Assembly (NCBI RefSeq): GCF_000008565.1
Contig: NC_001263.1
Coordinates: 594,296-626,295 of the forward strand
Reading direction: 5' to 3'
DNA from: Deinococcus radiodurans R1 = ATCC 13939 = DSM 20539
Lineage (GTDB): Bacteria > Deinococcota > Deinococci > Deinococcales > Deinococcaceae
Length of the DNA: 32,000 nucleotides
Part shown: one piece after another, positions 15,212 to 26,913 of the stretch
Numbering within the stretch: the stretch's first letter is position 1
Layout of the letters: the number at the start of each line of letters is the position of its first letter
The notes under the pieces: model-generated
The model's database searches: none
What the model saw: the letters and a program-made list of their open reading frames with translations, nothing else
What the model was told of the DNA's origin: nothing
Program-made: the position numbers and the translations under genes

Positions 15212-15880
15212 TCAGCCGCCCCCGTACTGCCGAATCAGGGCGGGCAGGTCGTGGTCGAGGGTGCCGTCCATCACCTCGCCGTTGGTGTAGACGCGTACGA
15301 ACTGGCCTTGCGGATTGATGACGCGCAGTTCGTCGCCGTGAATGCGGGCGGCGTCGGGGGCACTGACGGCGGGCGCGTCCCCCTGGCTCTGCATCTGCAT
15401 GTGCTCGCTGTGGTCGGCGGCGGGCGCAACGTTGCTCACGAACAGCGCTTTGGCCGCCGCGTTGATGGTGTCGGGGGAGCCGGTCAGGCCGCTGAAAGCG
15501 GGGTCGAAGCGGTCGAGGTAGTCGCGCAGCACCTTTGGCGTGTCGTTCACCGGGTCCACCGTCACGAGTTGCACCTGCACCCGGCGGCGCTGCTCGTCGC
15601 TCAGCGTCTTGTAGCTGCGCTCCAGGCCCGCGAGCGTGACCGGGCACACGTCGGGGCAGCGAGCGTACCCGAAAAACACCAGCCGCAGCCGCCCGTCCGA
15701 CGCGGCGAGGGTGGTCGGGCGCCCCCGGTCGTCGGTGAGGGGCAGGGGGGGCACGGCGAGCGGCGTGTCGAGCGCGGTGCCGCCGCGCAGCCCCCCGCGT
15801 CCCGGCGCTGCGCTGCGGTACACGAGCAGCCCAGCCAGGACAGCGGCGACAGTCAGCAGGGCGGCGGTGAGCCATTTCAT
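15212..15880 (-). CDS. SCO1/SenC-family copper chaperone (thioredoxin fold)
   Basis: 222 aa. N-terminal signal anchor MKWLTAALLTVAAVLAGLL and the CxxxC motif YARCPDVCPVT. Confidence 0.87.
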   Translation of the reverse strand: MKWLTAALLTVAAVLAGLLVYRSAAPGRGGLRGGTALDTPLAVPPLPLTDDRGRPTTLAASDGRLRLVFFGYARCPDVCPVTLAGLERSYKTLSDEQRRRVQVQLVTVDPVNDTPKVLRDYLDRFDPAFSGLTGSPDTINAAAKALFVSNVAPAADHSEHMQMQSQGDAPAVSAPDAARIHGDELRVINPQGQFVRVYTNGEVMDGTLDHDLPALIRQYGGG

Positions 15881-15999
15881 AAGGCGTCAGGCTAGAGCGG
15901 CGGCGGCGGGCGCGTGTCCCCCCCGGCTCCCGCCGTGTGGCCCGACTGCAACTTTTGTCGGATTCGCCCCGGCCCCGCCCGCGTCATGCTGAGCGCGGT

Positions 16000-16530
16000 A
16001 TGCGGCGGTCTTTCGGCACCCTGATTTTCCTGGCCTTTCTGGTTTTCCTGGCGTGGCTGTTCTTCTGGCCGCTGGTGAAACCTTCAGTGGAACAGGCCCA
16101 GCGCTCCACGGTGCTGCTTTCGTCGCCTGCGCCCACGGCACTGCCCAACCCCTTGCCGGGGCGGCCTCTCACCGACACCTGGGGGGGCGCTCGCAGCGGA
16201 GGGCGCAAGCACGAAGGCATCGACATTTTTGCCCCACGCGACACGCCGATTCGGGCGACCACCGAGGGCATCGTGCTTAACGTCGGCCCCAACACCCTCG
16301 GCGGGCGCACCGTCATGATTCTGGGACCGGGCGGGCAGCGGCACTACTACGCGCACCTCGACCGCTACCCGGACCTCACGGCGGGCGAGTGGGTCAATTC
16401 GGGCGACGTGGTGGGCTACGTGGGCGACAGCGGCAACGCCAAGGGCACGCCCACGCACCTGCACTACGGTATCTACACGGCGGCGGGGGCCATCAATCCG
16501 TATCCGCTGCTGGCGGCGGGGCGGAAGTAG
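16000..16530 (+). CDS. M23-family peptidase
   Basis: From ATG 16000 ([23 protein letters not shown], a TM anchor). HEGIDIF (HxxxD) and THLHYGIY (HxH) zinc motifs. Confidence 0.85.
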   Translation: MRRSFGTLIFLAFLVFLAWLFFWPLVKPSVEQAQRSTVLLSSPAPTALPNPLPGRPLTDTWGGARSGGRKHEGIDIFAPRDTPIRATTEGIVLNVGPNTLGGRTVMILGPGGQRHYYAHLDRYPDLTAGEWVNSGDVVGYVGDSGNAKGTPTHLHYGIYTAAGAINPYPLLAAGRK

Positions 16531-16537
16531 TGCGGCT

Positions 16538-16640
16538 TCCGATTGAATCCTGTCGTTCGGGATTCAATTCGAGCGGATGCGAGGAGGAACACCTCCGGGT
16601 TTCGCGGTATGGAAGTCCATCTGGTGCTTTTCAAGATGGA
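16538..16640. repeat. Hairpin-rich intergenic module with diverged relatives elsewhere in the window
   Basis: Three hairpins: GATTGAATCC/GGATTCAATT, GGAGG/CCTCC, and TCCATCT/AGATGGA. I see partial similarity to about 14049-14100 and about 2976-3010 (CGATTGAA..., GCGAGGAG...), but the alignment is loose. Confidence 0.35.
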
Positions 16641-17452
16641 CTGGAATGAGGCGGAACCCGTACAACGCGCCAGACGTTGACCGCGAAATCCACCAGCTCC
16701 CGCTGTGACATCAGCCGCGCCTGCGCCGAGCCGACCGTGCCGCGCACCACTCCGCCCGCCGCCTCGAACGCTGCCTTGACCGGTGCGAAGGCTTCGGCGT
16801 CGTAATCGGGTTCGTCGAAGGTGAGCCACTGCCGCTCGCCGTCCACCATGACCGGCCCGCTGACGGCCACGGTGGGCCGCACCCCGGCGCGAACTTCGGC
16901 GAGGTGCAGGTTGGTGTTGCGCTCGGTGCCGAGGAGCAGCACCCGGCCATTCAGGTCGTAGATGCGGGCGAGCGGCGAGCCTTCCCCGAGCGAGAAAGCC
17001 AGCGCGTGCCCAGCGGTCACGAACTCTGCATGTCGTCCCCACGCGGCGAAGGAGCTGTGCGGATGGTCGCTGCGGCGTACGCCGGGCCAGGTGCGGAACA
17101 GTTCGGGAATGCGCCCCATCCCGCGCGTGGGCGTGAGCGCCGGGTCGAAGGCGGGCAGCTCGGCGCGGATGACCTCCCACCACGCCTCCGGTACCGGCGG
17201 ACTCAGCCAGCCTGCCGGGTCGGTCAGGTCGCTGCTGTGGGTGGGCATGACCAGCGTGCCCTGCGGCGTCAGCACGTCCTGAAGTGCTTGAATGACCGCC
17301 ACCGCGCCGCCCGCCACCCACCCGAGGCGGCTGAGGCTGGAATGCACCAGCAGCACGTCCCCCGCCTGCACGCCGAGTGAGCGCAGGTCGGCGGCGAGGC
17401 TGGCGCGGGTGCGGGGCGCGTCGGCGTGGGCTATGGCGGTGTCTTCGGTCAT
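16631..17452 (-). CDS. Aminoglycoside N3-acetyltransferase family protein (AAC(3)/YokD-like)
   Basis: From ATG 17452. [52 protein letters not shown] is the family's N-terminal signature. Confidence 0.82.
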   Translation of the reverse strand: MTEDTAIAHADAPRTRASLAADLRSLGVQAGDVLLVHSSLSRLGWVAGGAVAVIQALQDVLTPQGTLVMPTHSSDLTDPAGWLSPPVPEAWWEVIRAELPAFDPALTPTRGMGRIPELFRTWPGVRRSDHPHSSFAAWGRHAEFVTAGHALAFSLGEGSPLARIYDLNGRVLLLGTERNTNLHLAEVRAGVRPTVAVSGPVMVDGERQWLTFDEPDYDAEAFAPVKAAFEAAGGVVRGTVGSAQARLMSQRELVDFAVNVWRVVRVPPHSSPS

Positions 17453-17498
17453 GGGCCAAGCGTAGGCCACCCGGCGGAGCAGGAAATCTGCCGGGTGG

Positions 17499-17600
17499 CG
17501 TAGAGCATGAAACGAGAGATGTTATTGACCCTCTACCCTGGGGGAGAGGGCCTCGCGCAGCGAGGGGTGAGGGGGCGGTGCCTGTCAGAAGCTTTAGATA
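17499..17600 (-). repeat. Small noncoding repeat, family 2, copy E
   Basis: Inverted partner of 8835-8940 (see that entry). It is a shorter version lacking about 30 nt of the hairpin interior. Confidence 0.6.
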
Positions 17601-17609
17601 TGACTGGCG

Positions 17610-17909
17610 TTACGCCGCCTGTTCCAGACTCAGCCGCCGCTCCAGGTCGTCGAGCGCTTCCTGATACAGCGTATCGGTCAGGTGCGGCAGCACAGCCAGA
17701 AAGGTGGCGGCGTCGTGCAGCCCGGCGTGGGTGCTTTCGTGGGACCAGCCCGGTCCTTCCGCCACCAGTCGCACGCGGCCCTGGGTGATGAGAAACCGGA
17801 CGCGGCCCTCCCCCGTCCGCGTGTCGCTGAAATGACGAATCACGTTCATGTCCTCAGCGTAACCCGCCGGGATGACAGTTGCATCAGCCAAAATGATGAC
17901 GCGGTTCAT
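17610..17909 (-). CDS. Hypothetical protein
   Basis: 99-aa ORF with an ATG start and GC3-rich codons. I recognise no motif. Confidence 0.45.
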   Translation of the reverse strand: MNRVIILADATVIPAGYAEDMNVIRHFSDTRTGEGRVRFLITQGRVRLVAEGPGWSHESTHAGLHDAATFLAVLPHLTDTLYQEALDDLERRLSLEQAA

Positions 17910-18129
17910 GGGCCGGGTGGGGAGAGGGGAGGGTCACCACCCCCGTCACACAAGAGGGCAGGCAAGTCAGACAAGAGGCCAGGGAACAGTTTTCAGGCGG
18001 CGGCGGCTTCATAGTTGGGCGGCTGCGCCAGGGCTGCTAGAGTGCTGGGCTGCCACACTCGGTCAGGGAAGGAGGTGAGGGCACACGGGAACGAAAGAAG
18101 ACGTCCGCGACCGGCTGAGTCTTGCCGAC

Positions 18130-19845
<1,716 letters not shown>

Positions 19846-19846
19846 G

Positions 19847-20443
19847 TCACTCCGCCAGATGCGGCGTGAGATTGACGCCGGTCACGGTCACCCCCATGTG
19901 TTCGCGGCTGAGCTGCACGGTCGTGAAGGCCGTGTCGCCGTAGGCGAAGTGTGCCCGCCGCGCACCGGTCAACTCGCGCAGCATGGCGTTCAGGATGCCG
20001 CCGTGCGCGACCACCAGCACGTTCTCGCCGCCTCGCCACACCAGCTCCAGCGCGAGCAGGGCGCGGGCCCGGAAGGCCGCCTGCGACTCGCCCCCGTCCA
20101 CCGTGAACGCTTCGAGCTCGTGCCGGAAGGCCGGAATGGGATAGCGCGCCTCGGCCTTGGCAAAGGGCAGCCCGGCGATGGGGCCATTGTCGAACTCGCG
20201 CAGCAGGTCGCTTGGCATCGGCACCAGCCCGAGTGGGGCCGTCACGAGGGCCGCTGTCTCGCTCGCCCGGCTGAGAGTCGAGCAATAAGCCTGGTCAAAG
20301 CCCGGCGGGTGGGCGGCCCAGTAAGCCGCCAGCTTGCGCGCATGCTCACGGCCCACCTCGGTCAGCGGCGAGTCGTAGCGGCCCTCGCACACGCCCTCGT
20401 CGTCGGCGCGGCTGCGGCCATGTCGGAGCAGAGTGAGGTTCAT
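19847..20443 (-). CDS. Histidine phosphatase family protein (PGM/CobC-like)
   Basis: 198 aa. LTLLRHGRS catalytic RHG motif and VVAHGGILN. The ATG overlaps the upstream stop (ATGA). Confidence 0.85.
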   Translation of the reverse strand: MNLTLLRHGRSRADDEGVCEGRYDSPLTEVGREHARKLAAYWAAHPPGFDQAYCSTLSRASETAALVTAPLGLVPMPSDLLREFDNGPIAGLPFAKAEARYPIPAFRHELEAFTVDGGESQAAFRARALLALELVWRGGENVLVVAHGGILNAMLRELTGARRAHFAYGDTAFTTVQLSREHMGVTVTGVNLTPHLAE

Positions 20444-22086
20444 TTGCTTCTCCCTGGAATTGCGTGCTTCGTTGCCAGGATGACCCGTTCGCGGCGGTGA
20501 ACCTGAACTTCGGTGCAGGTGAGGCGCGGATGGGCAAACAGCGCGTCGCGCAGCGGGTCGCCCGTGTAAAGGTCAGCGGGCAGGTACATCGTCGGCGAAA
20601 AGTTATCCATGACGAGCAGGCCACCGGGCTTGAGAGCGTCCGCCAGCCGGTCCAGTGCTTGCGGCGTTTTCGCAGCCCCCGCGTCAGCAAAGATGAGGTC
20701 AAAAGGGCCGGACTCAAGCGCCTCTGCCCAGTCACCGGCCAGTACCTCAGCGCGGGGGTCGTCGCACAGCACCTCGGCAGTGAGGCGGGCACGTTCCGAG
20801 TCGCTCTCCACTGTCAAGAGTCGGGCTGAAGCGTCCATGCCCGCCAGCAGCCACGCCGTGCCTGCGCCCAGCCCGCTGCCGAGTTCCAGCACCCGCCCGC
20901 CCGGTTTGCTCGCCGCGAGCGTGCGGAGCAGCCGCCCGGTTTCCTCGCTGCACGAGCGGTCAAAGCCGGAGGCACGCGCCAGCTCGTCAGCACGGGCGAC
21001 GAGCGGCGGCGCTTGCAGGTGCGGCGGCGTTTGCCCGCGCGCGGCGAGCACCTGCCGCAGTTGCACGTCGTCGGCCCAGGGCAGCGCGTGGGGATTGACC
21101 CAGATGAGGGGGCGGCCTTCGGGACTGCTTTCCAGCGTCAGCACCCGCAGCGGCACGCAGACCGATCCTGAACCGTCGTCCAGCGTCCAGCCTGCGCCGG
21201 CCACCTCGCAGCGGGCGCCGACTTCTTCCCAGGCTTCGCGTACGGCGGCCTGCTCGGGCGTTTCGCCGGGCTCTATGCCGCCGCCGGGCAGCGTCCAGCC
21301 GGTCCGCGCCTCGGTCATCAGGACGAAGCCGTCCTCACGCTCAATCCAGGCGCAGGCCCGCCCGGTGCGTTCCAGACCGGGGGAGAGGTCGGGGGCGAAG
21401 GCAGTGTGCCGGGCCGGGGACAACTCGGTCAGAACATCCAGCCACTCCAGCGGCAACGCGCCGCCGAGCAGTTCGGTGAGCGCGTCTTCCAGCCCGGCCC
21501 CGCCGGAGCGCAGGCGAGCGAGGGTGCCCGCGCCGTGCAGCTCGCGGGCAGCTTTCAGGTCGGCTTTGTACCGGCTGAAACTTTGCAGCAAGCGGTCCTC
21601 GGGGCGGTGGCCTTCTTCCAGCAGGGCGACCAGCATCAGCCGCAGCGCCGCCCGTTGCAGAGGCTCGGGAGCGCGACTCACCCGCATTCCCTTGCTGCTG
21701 ACATACGGGTCGTCGGTGAGCAGGCGCGCACAGCCGCCCCAGGGGTCGGGCGCCGCGTAGCTCACGCCGCGAATGCCGCTCATGGCGACGGCTCCGGCAC
21801 ACTGCGGGCAGGGTTCCACGGTGGTGAGCACCGTCCACGACAGGCACTCGGGGCGGCGCAGGTCGGGCACGCTCAGCAGCGCGTTGATTTCGGCGTGCGC
21901 GAGGTCGTGTCCGCCGATGACGCCCGCGTGCGCCCGGCGCGGTTCGCCCAGGCGGTTGCGCCCGCGTCCGACGATGTTGCCCTGAGCGTCCACGATGCAG
22001 GCGCCGATGGGGTAGGAGCCGTAGAGGAAGCCGTTCCACGCCTCACTCATGGCGGTCAGCCAGCCGGGGAGAAAGGGGTCGGTCAT
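20440..22086 (-). CDS. Three-domain fusion: CDA-superfamily deaminase + Nudix hydrolase + SAM-dependent O-methyltransferase
   Basis: 548 aa. Deaminase zinc motifs HAE (64-66) and PCPQC (92-96). A complete Nudix box, [23 protein letters not shown], at 269-291. Methyltransferase motif [12 protein letters not shown] (399-409) plus FDLIFADA (462-469). Confidence 0.85.
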   Translation of the reverse strand: MTDPFLPGWLTAMSEAWNGFLYGSYPIGACIVDAQGNIVGRGRNRLGEPRRAHAGVIGGHDLAHAEINALLSVPDLRRPECLSWTVLTTVEPCPQCAGAVAMSGIRGVSYAAPDPWGGCARLLTDDPYVSSKGMRVSRAPEPLQRAALRLMLVALLEEGHRPEDRLLQSFSRYKADLKAARELHGAGTLARLRSGGAGLEDALTELLGGALPLEWLDVLTELSPARHTAFAPDLSPGLERTGRACAWIEREDGFVLMTEARTGWTLPGGGIEPGETPEQAAVREAWEEVGARCEVAGAGWTLDDGSGSVCVPLRVLTLESSPEGRPLIWVNPHALPWADDVQLRQVLAARGQTPPHLQAPPLVARADELARASGFDRSCSEETGRLLRTLAASKPGGRVLELGSGLGAGTAWLLAGMDASARLLTVESDSERARLTAEVLCDDPRAEVLAGDWAEALESGPFDLIFADAGAAKTPQALDRLADALKPGGLLVMDNFSPTMYLPADLYTGDPLRDALFAHPRLTCTEVQVHRRERVILATKHAIPGRSK

Positions 22087-22649
22087 GCCTGCCCCTTCCC
22101 ACCGCTTGCCGTCAGCCGCGCCCGCACTTCCGGCCAGTCCGCCCGCGTCACCGAGTACATCACCGTATCCCGCATCGTCCCGTCGGCCCGGCGCATGTGC
22201 GAGCGCAGGACGCCTTCCTTTACCGCGCCGAGTCTCTCAATCGCCCGCTGCGAGCGCGTATTTAGGATGTCGGTCTTGATTTGCACCCGTTCCATGTCCA
22301 TTTCTTCAAAGGCGTGGGTCAGCAGCAGCCGCTTCATCCGCCGGTTGACCCCGGTGCGCCAATGCTCCGGCGTCAGCCACGTCCAGCCGATTTCCAGGCC
22401 CGAATGCGCCGGTCGGATGTCGCCGTAACGGGTGCTGCCTGCGAGTTCGCCCCCGACTTCGATGACGAACGCTATCTGCGCCGGGTCACTCAGCGCGGCG
22501 CGGTAGTAGCCGTCGGTGTTCGGCGGCGTGCCCATCAGCCGCAGGGCGTCCTCATGGGCGCTCGCCAGCTCGCACAGGGCGGGAATGTCGGCCTCTAGCA
22601 GCGGGCGCAGGGTGAGGTCGCCGGCCCGCAGGGTCAGGTCGTGCTTCAC
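22083..22649 (-). CDS. GNAT acetyltransferase, RimJ/RimL-like
   Basis: 188 aa with a GTG start. LTLRPLLEADIPALCELA opening and later RTGVNRRMKRLLLTHAFEEMDMERVQIKTD, typical of the Acetyltransf_3 class. Confidence 0.8.
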   Translation of the reverse strand: MKHDLTLRAGDLTLRPLLEADIPALCELASAHEDALRLMGTPPNTDGYYRAALSDPAQIAFVIEVGGELAGSTRYGDIRPAHSGLEIGWTWLTPEHWRTGVNRRMKRLLLTHAFEEMDMERVQIKTDILNTRSQRAIERLGAVKEGVLRSHMRRADGTMRDTVMYSVTRADWPEVRARLTASGGKGQA

Positions 22650-22662
22650 AGTTGCCCCCAGA

Positions 22663-23268
22663 TCACAGTTCGCCCCGGTACTTCTCGATCAGGTCGTCGA
22701 GTGCCTCGCGCAGCAGGCTCGCCTCGGTGCGTCCGAGCGCCGCCGAGAGTTTGGCGAGGCGTTCGAGCTGGCTTTTCGGGTAATAGTTCGATTTCAGGAC
22801 CATCTTCGACTCCACGTAGATGCACGCCCGACTGCGGCCCTCGCGTTTGGCGCGCAGCAGGGCTTCGTCGGCGGCGCGGTAGAGCTCGGCGTACTCGCTG
22901 GCGTGCGCGGGCCGGGCGGCGAGGCCCACGCTCAGGCCCAGGCCCCTCGGCCACTGCGGGTCGCGGTGAATCTGGAAGTGCCGGATGACCTCGTCGAAGA
23001 GAATCAGCGCGGTTTCGGCGGCGGTTTCGGGCAAAATCACCGCGTACTCGTCGCCGCCGATGCGCCCGACGACGCTGCCGCTCGGCAAACTGCCCGAAAG
23101 CAGGCGCTCGACGACCTTGAGCACCCGGTCGCCCTCGGTGTGCCCGAGCTGGTCGTTGAGCACTTTGAAATGGTCGAGGTCGAGCACCGCCAGGGTCAGC
23201 GGCGCCGAGCCGAGCTTCTCAAACGCCTCTTCAAAGGGGGTGCGCGACAAAATCGCGGGGCGGGCCAC
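22663..23268 (-). CDS. GGDEF-domain protein fused to a C-terminal ribbon-helix-helix domain
   Basis: GTG 23268 lies 6 nt after AGGAGG. GGDEF motifs: [44 protein letters not shown]. The last ~45 aa ([38 protein letters not shown]) fit a CopG/Arc-type RHH. Longer in-frame starts exist at ATG 23328 and GTG 23346. Confidence 0.78.
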   Translation of the reverse strand: MARPAILSRTPFEEAFEKLGSAPLTLAVLDLDHFKVLNDQLGHTEGDRVLKVVERLLSGSLPSGSVVGRIGGDEYAVILPETAAETALILFDEVIRHFQIHRDPQWPRGLGLSVGLAARPAHASEYAELYRAADEALLRAKREGRSRACIYVESKMVLKSNYYPKSQLERLAKLSAALGRTEASLLREALDDLIEKYRGEL

Positions 23269-23421
23269 TGAAAACCTCCTGGGGAACGGGCCGAACAGGT
23301 CAGGCCGGCCCCAGTGGCCGCCAGTCATGTTCAGGGATGGAAGCACGTATTGTCGCCCTACATATATACGTTAAAGCTAACAGCTGGCAAGGGGATACCC
23401 CCATTCCCCGTCCCAGCGCCC

Positions 23422-23442
23422 CTTGAGCGTCATAGACTCAGA
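23422..23442. promoter_or_regulatory. HAIR-type (HspR-associated inverted repeat) operator
   Basis: CTTGAGC-N7-ACTCAGA compared with the consensus CTTGAGT-N7-ACTCAAG. It lies just upstream of the groES promoter. Confidence 0.7.
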
Positions 23443-23459
23443 TTGTCAGCTTCGGTCAG

Positions 23460-23489
23460 TTGACATTTTTCTTATCGGCGCTCTACCAT
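23460..23489 (+). promoter_or_regulatory. Putative sigma-70-type groESL promoter
   Basis: TTGACA (23460-23465), an 18-nt spacer, then TACCAT (23484-23489). It sits about 85 nt upstream of the groES ATG. Confidence 0.4.
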
Positions 23490-23574
23490 CCGTGACGGAT
23501 TGAAGGCGCTGGGCGGGAAAAAGCTCGCCGGCACGACTCTCCGCCATTCCATCTCACTCACAGGAGGACCCCAC

Positions 23575-23862
23575 ATGCTGAAACCTTTAGGCGACCGCGT
23601 TCTGGTTGAAATTATCGAAGAAGCCGAGCAGAAGACTGCCGGCGGCCTGTACGTCCCCGATTCCGCCAAGGAAAAGAGCCAGCGCGGCAAAGTCGTTGCC
23701 GTCGGCACGGGTAAGACCCTGGACAACGGCACCAAAGTCGCCATGGAAGTCAAGGAAGGCGACACCGTGTACTTCGCCAAGTACGGCGGCACCGAAGTCA
23801 GCCTCGAAGGCAAGAACTACAGCCTGCTGAGCGAGCGCGACCTGCTCGCCATTGTCGAGTAA
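23575..23862 (+). CDS. groES: Co-chaperonin GroES
   Basis: 95 aa from ATG 23575, with AGGAGG 8 nt upstream. [16 protein letters not shown]...GKVVAVG. Confidence 0.97.
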   Translation: MLKPLGDRVLVEIIEEAEQKTAGGLYVPDSAKEKSQRGKVVAVGTGKTLDNGTKVAMEVKEGDTVYFAKYGGTEVSLEGKNYSLLSERDLLAIVE

Positions 23863-23882
23863 GGCTCCGAGTCAGGTTCTGA

Positions 23883-25583
<1,701 letters not shown>

Positions 25584-25622
25584 AACAGTTGATGGTCAAT
25601 GGTTGACCGTTGATAGAAAAAG

Positions 25623-25651
25623 AGCCGGGGCCAAGTGCCTCGGCTTTTTTT
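25623..25651 (+). terminator. Intrinsic terminator after groEL
   Basis: AGCCGGGGC / GCCTCGGCT hairpin (one G-U pair) followed by TTTTTTT. Confidence 0.8.
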
Positions 25652-25659
25652 GCGTTTTA

Positions 25660-25792
25660 TACGGCTTTAATCCGATACCCGAACATCCGGAAAGGCGCCG
25701 GATGCCCGTCCATCTCCTTAAAACCGTATTTTTTCCATGCGCTCCGCGCAAAATTGCGCCCGGACATATCCGGGACTCAATTTGAAACCGTA
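25660..25792 (+). mobile_element. MITE-like small noncoding repeat, copy B
   Basis: Same element as 3021-3155. Flanked by TTA (25657-25659) and TTA (25793-25795). Confidence 0.85.
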
Positions 25793-26035
25793 TTATTACT
25801 CGTTTCTACCACCAGCACCCCATCCACCGCGTGGACACCGACGATGACCGCAAGCTTTTCGCGTTTCTGCCACAGCACGCGCCCAGCGTTATTGTAGGCA
25901 GTCAGGTCAGTGGTGTAATCCTCCCTTTTTGGCCTCCCCGGCACTGGCGAAAGCGCCCCCGTCCGCGCAAGAGTTCCAATACCGGGGAGCAGCAGGTGTG
26001 GGCCAATGTTTCGTCTGCCTGTATAGTGAGGGGCT

Positions 26036-26647
26036 ATGTCTGTTCCGTCCTCTGTCTCCTTTCAAACCCTGTCCGGTGATTTTGGCCCCGTGCTGGGTGA
26101 AGTGGCCCGCCTGCGCCTGAGCCTGTTCCGCGAGTTTCCCTACCTCTACGACGGCACCGAGGAAGCCGAGGCCGCCCATCTCCAGACCTACGTGCAGGCG
26201 CCGGGGGCGCTGCTGGTGCTGGCCCGCGACGAGACCGCCGGGGGGCGCGTGGTGGGAGCCTGCACCGCTGTCCCGCTGGTGGCCGAGGACGCCGACTTTT
26301 TGCGGGCCTTCGCAGCGGCAGGGATTGACCCCGCCACGGTGCTGTACCTGGGCGAGGCGTTGCTGGAAGACGAGTATCAGAGTCGGGGGCTGGGCGGTGA
26401 ACTGCTCAGCCAAGTCGAGGCCCACGCGCAGGCCCTCGGCTTGCCCATCGTGGCGGCGGCGATGGTGGTGCGCTCCGAAGACCACCCGCAAAGGCCACGG
26501 GGCTGGCGCTCGCCGAGTCACCTGCTGGAGCGGCGCGGCTACGTCATGCACCCTGAACTCGAGATCACGCTGAGCTGGCAGGAAATCGGCGAAAGCGCCC
26601 CCAGCTCCAAGCCGATGCGCTTTTGGGTCAAGGGACTGGAAGGCTAG
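26036..26647 (+). CDS. GNAT-family N-acetyltransferase
   Basis: 203 aa. Motif A YQSRGLGGELLSQVEAHAQALGL. SD-like GAGGGG upstream of the ATG. Confidence 0.78.
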   Translation: MSVPSSVSFQTLSGDFGPVLGEVARLRLSLFREFPYLYDGTEEAEAAHLQTYVQAPGALLVLARDETAGGRVVGACTAVPLVAEDADFLRAFAAAGIDPATVLYLGEALLEDEYQSRGLGGELLSQVEAHAQALGLPIVAAAMVVRSEDHPQRPRGWRSPSHLLERRGYVMHPELEITLSWQEIGESAPSSKPMRFWVKGLEG

Positions 26648-26715
26648 AGCAGGATGGAGAATGGAGCAGGTGGCGGCGCCGTCAGGGCGCCTGCGTAATT
26701 CGGAGAACTGCTCTT
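26646..26715 (+). repeat. Small noncoding repeat, family 3, copy G
   Basis: Partner of 13910-13979. It begins inside the GNAT stop codon. AGAGCAG / CTGCTCT form 7-bp terminal inverted repeats. Confidence 0.65.
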
Positions 26716-26779
26716 CGTTTTTTTGTAGGTATTCCAGTGACCGTGCTTTTTCGGCCAGAAACCGCTGCTGCGCCTCTCA

Positions 26780-26913
26780 TACGGTTTCAAATTGAGTCCC
26801 GGACATCTCCGGGCGCAATGTTGCGCGGAGCGCATGGAAAAAATACGGTTTTAAGGAGATGGACGGGCATCCGGCGCCTCTTCCGGATGTTCGGGAATCG
26901 GATTAAAACCGTA
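26780..26913 (-). mobile_element. MITE-like small noncoding repeat, copy C (inverted)
   Basis: Reverse complement of the copy A/B element. Flanked by TCA (26777-26779) and TCA (26914-26916). Confidence 0.85.

Noticed and set aside
23269-23346. Longer GGDEF protein starts (ATG 23328 or GTG 23346).
   Set aside because: These are not excluded, but they are less likely. Neither has an SD, while GTG 23268 sits 6 nt after AGGAGG. The extra 20-26 residues ([20 protein letters not shown]) add no domain.
23443-23574. A CIRCE (HrcA) operator upstream of groES.
   Set aside because: No TTAGCACTC-N9-GAGTGCTAA-like sequence occurs in the groES leader. The only inverted repeat of operator type is the HAIR at 23422-23442.
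25660-26913. A composite transposon formed by inverted MITE copies B and C carrying the GNAT gene.
   Set aside because: Each copy has its own matching 3-bp duplication (TTA/TTA and TCA/TCA), which indicates two independent insertions. The outer flanks (TTA and TCA) do not match each other. No transposase gene is present.
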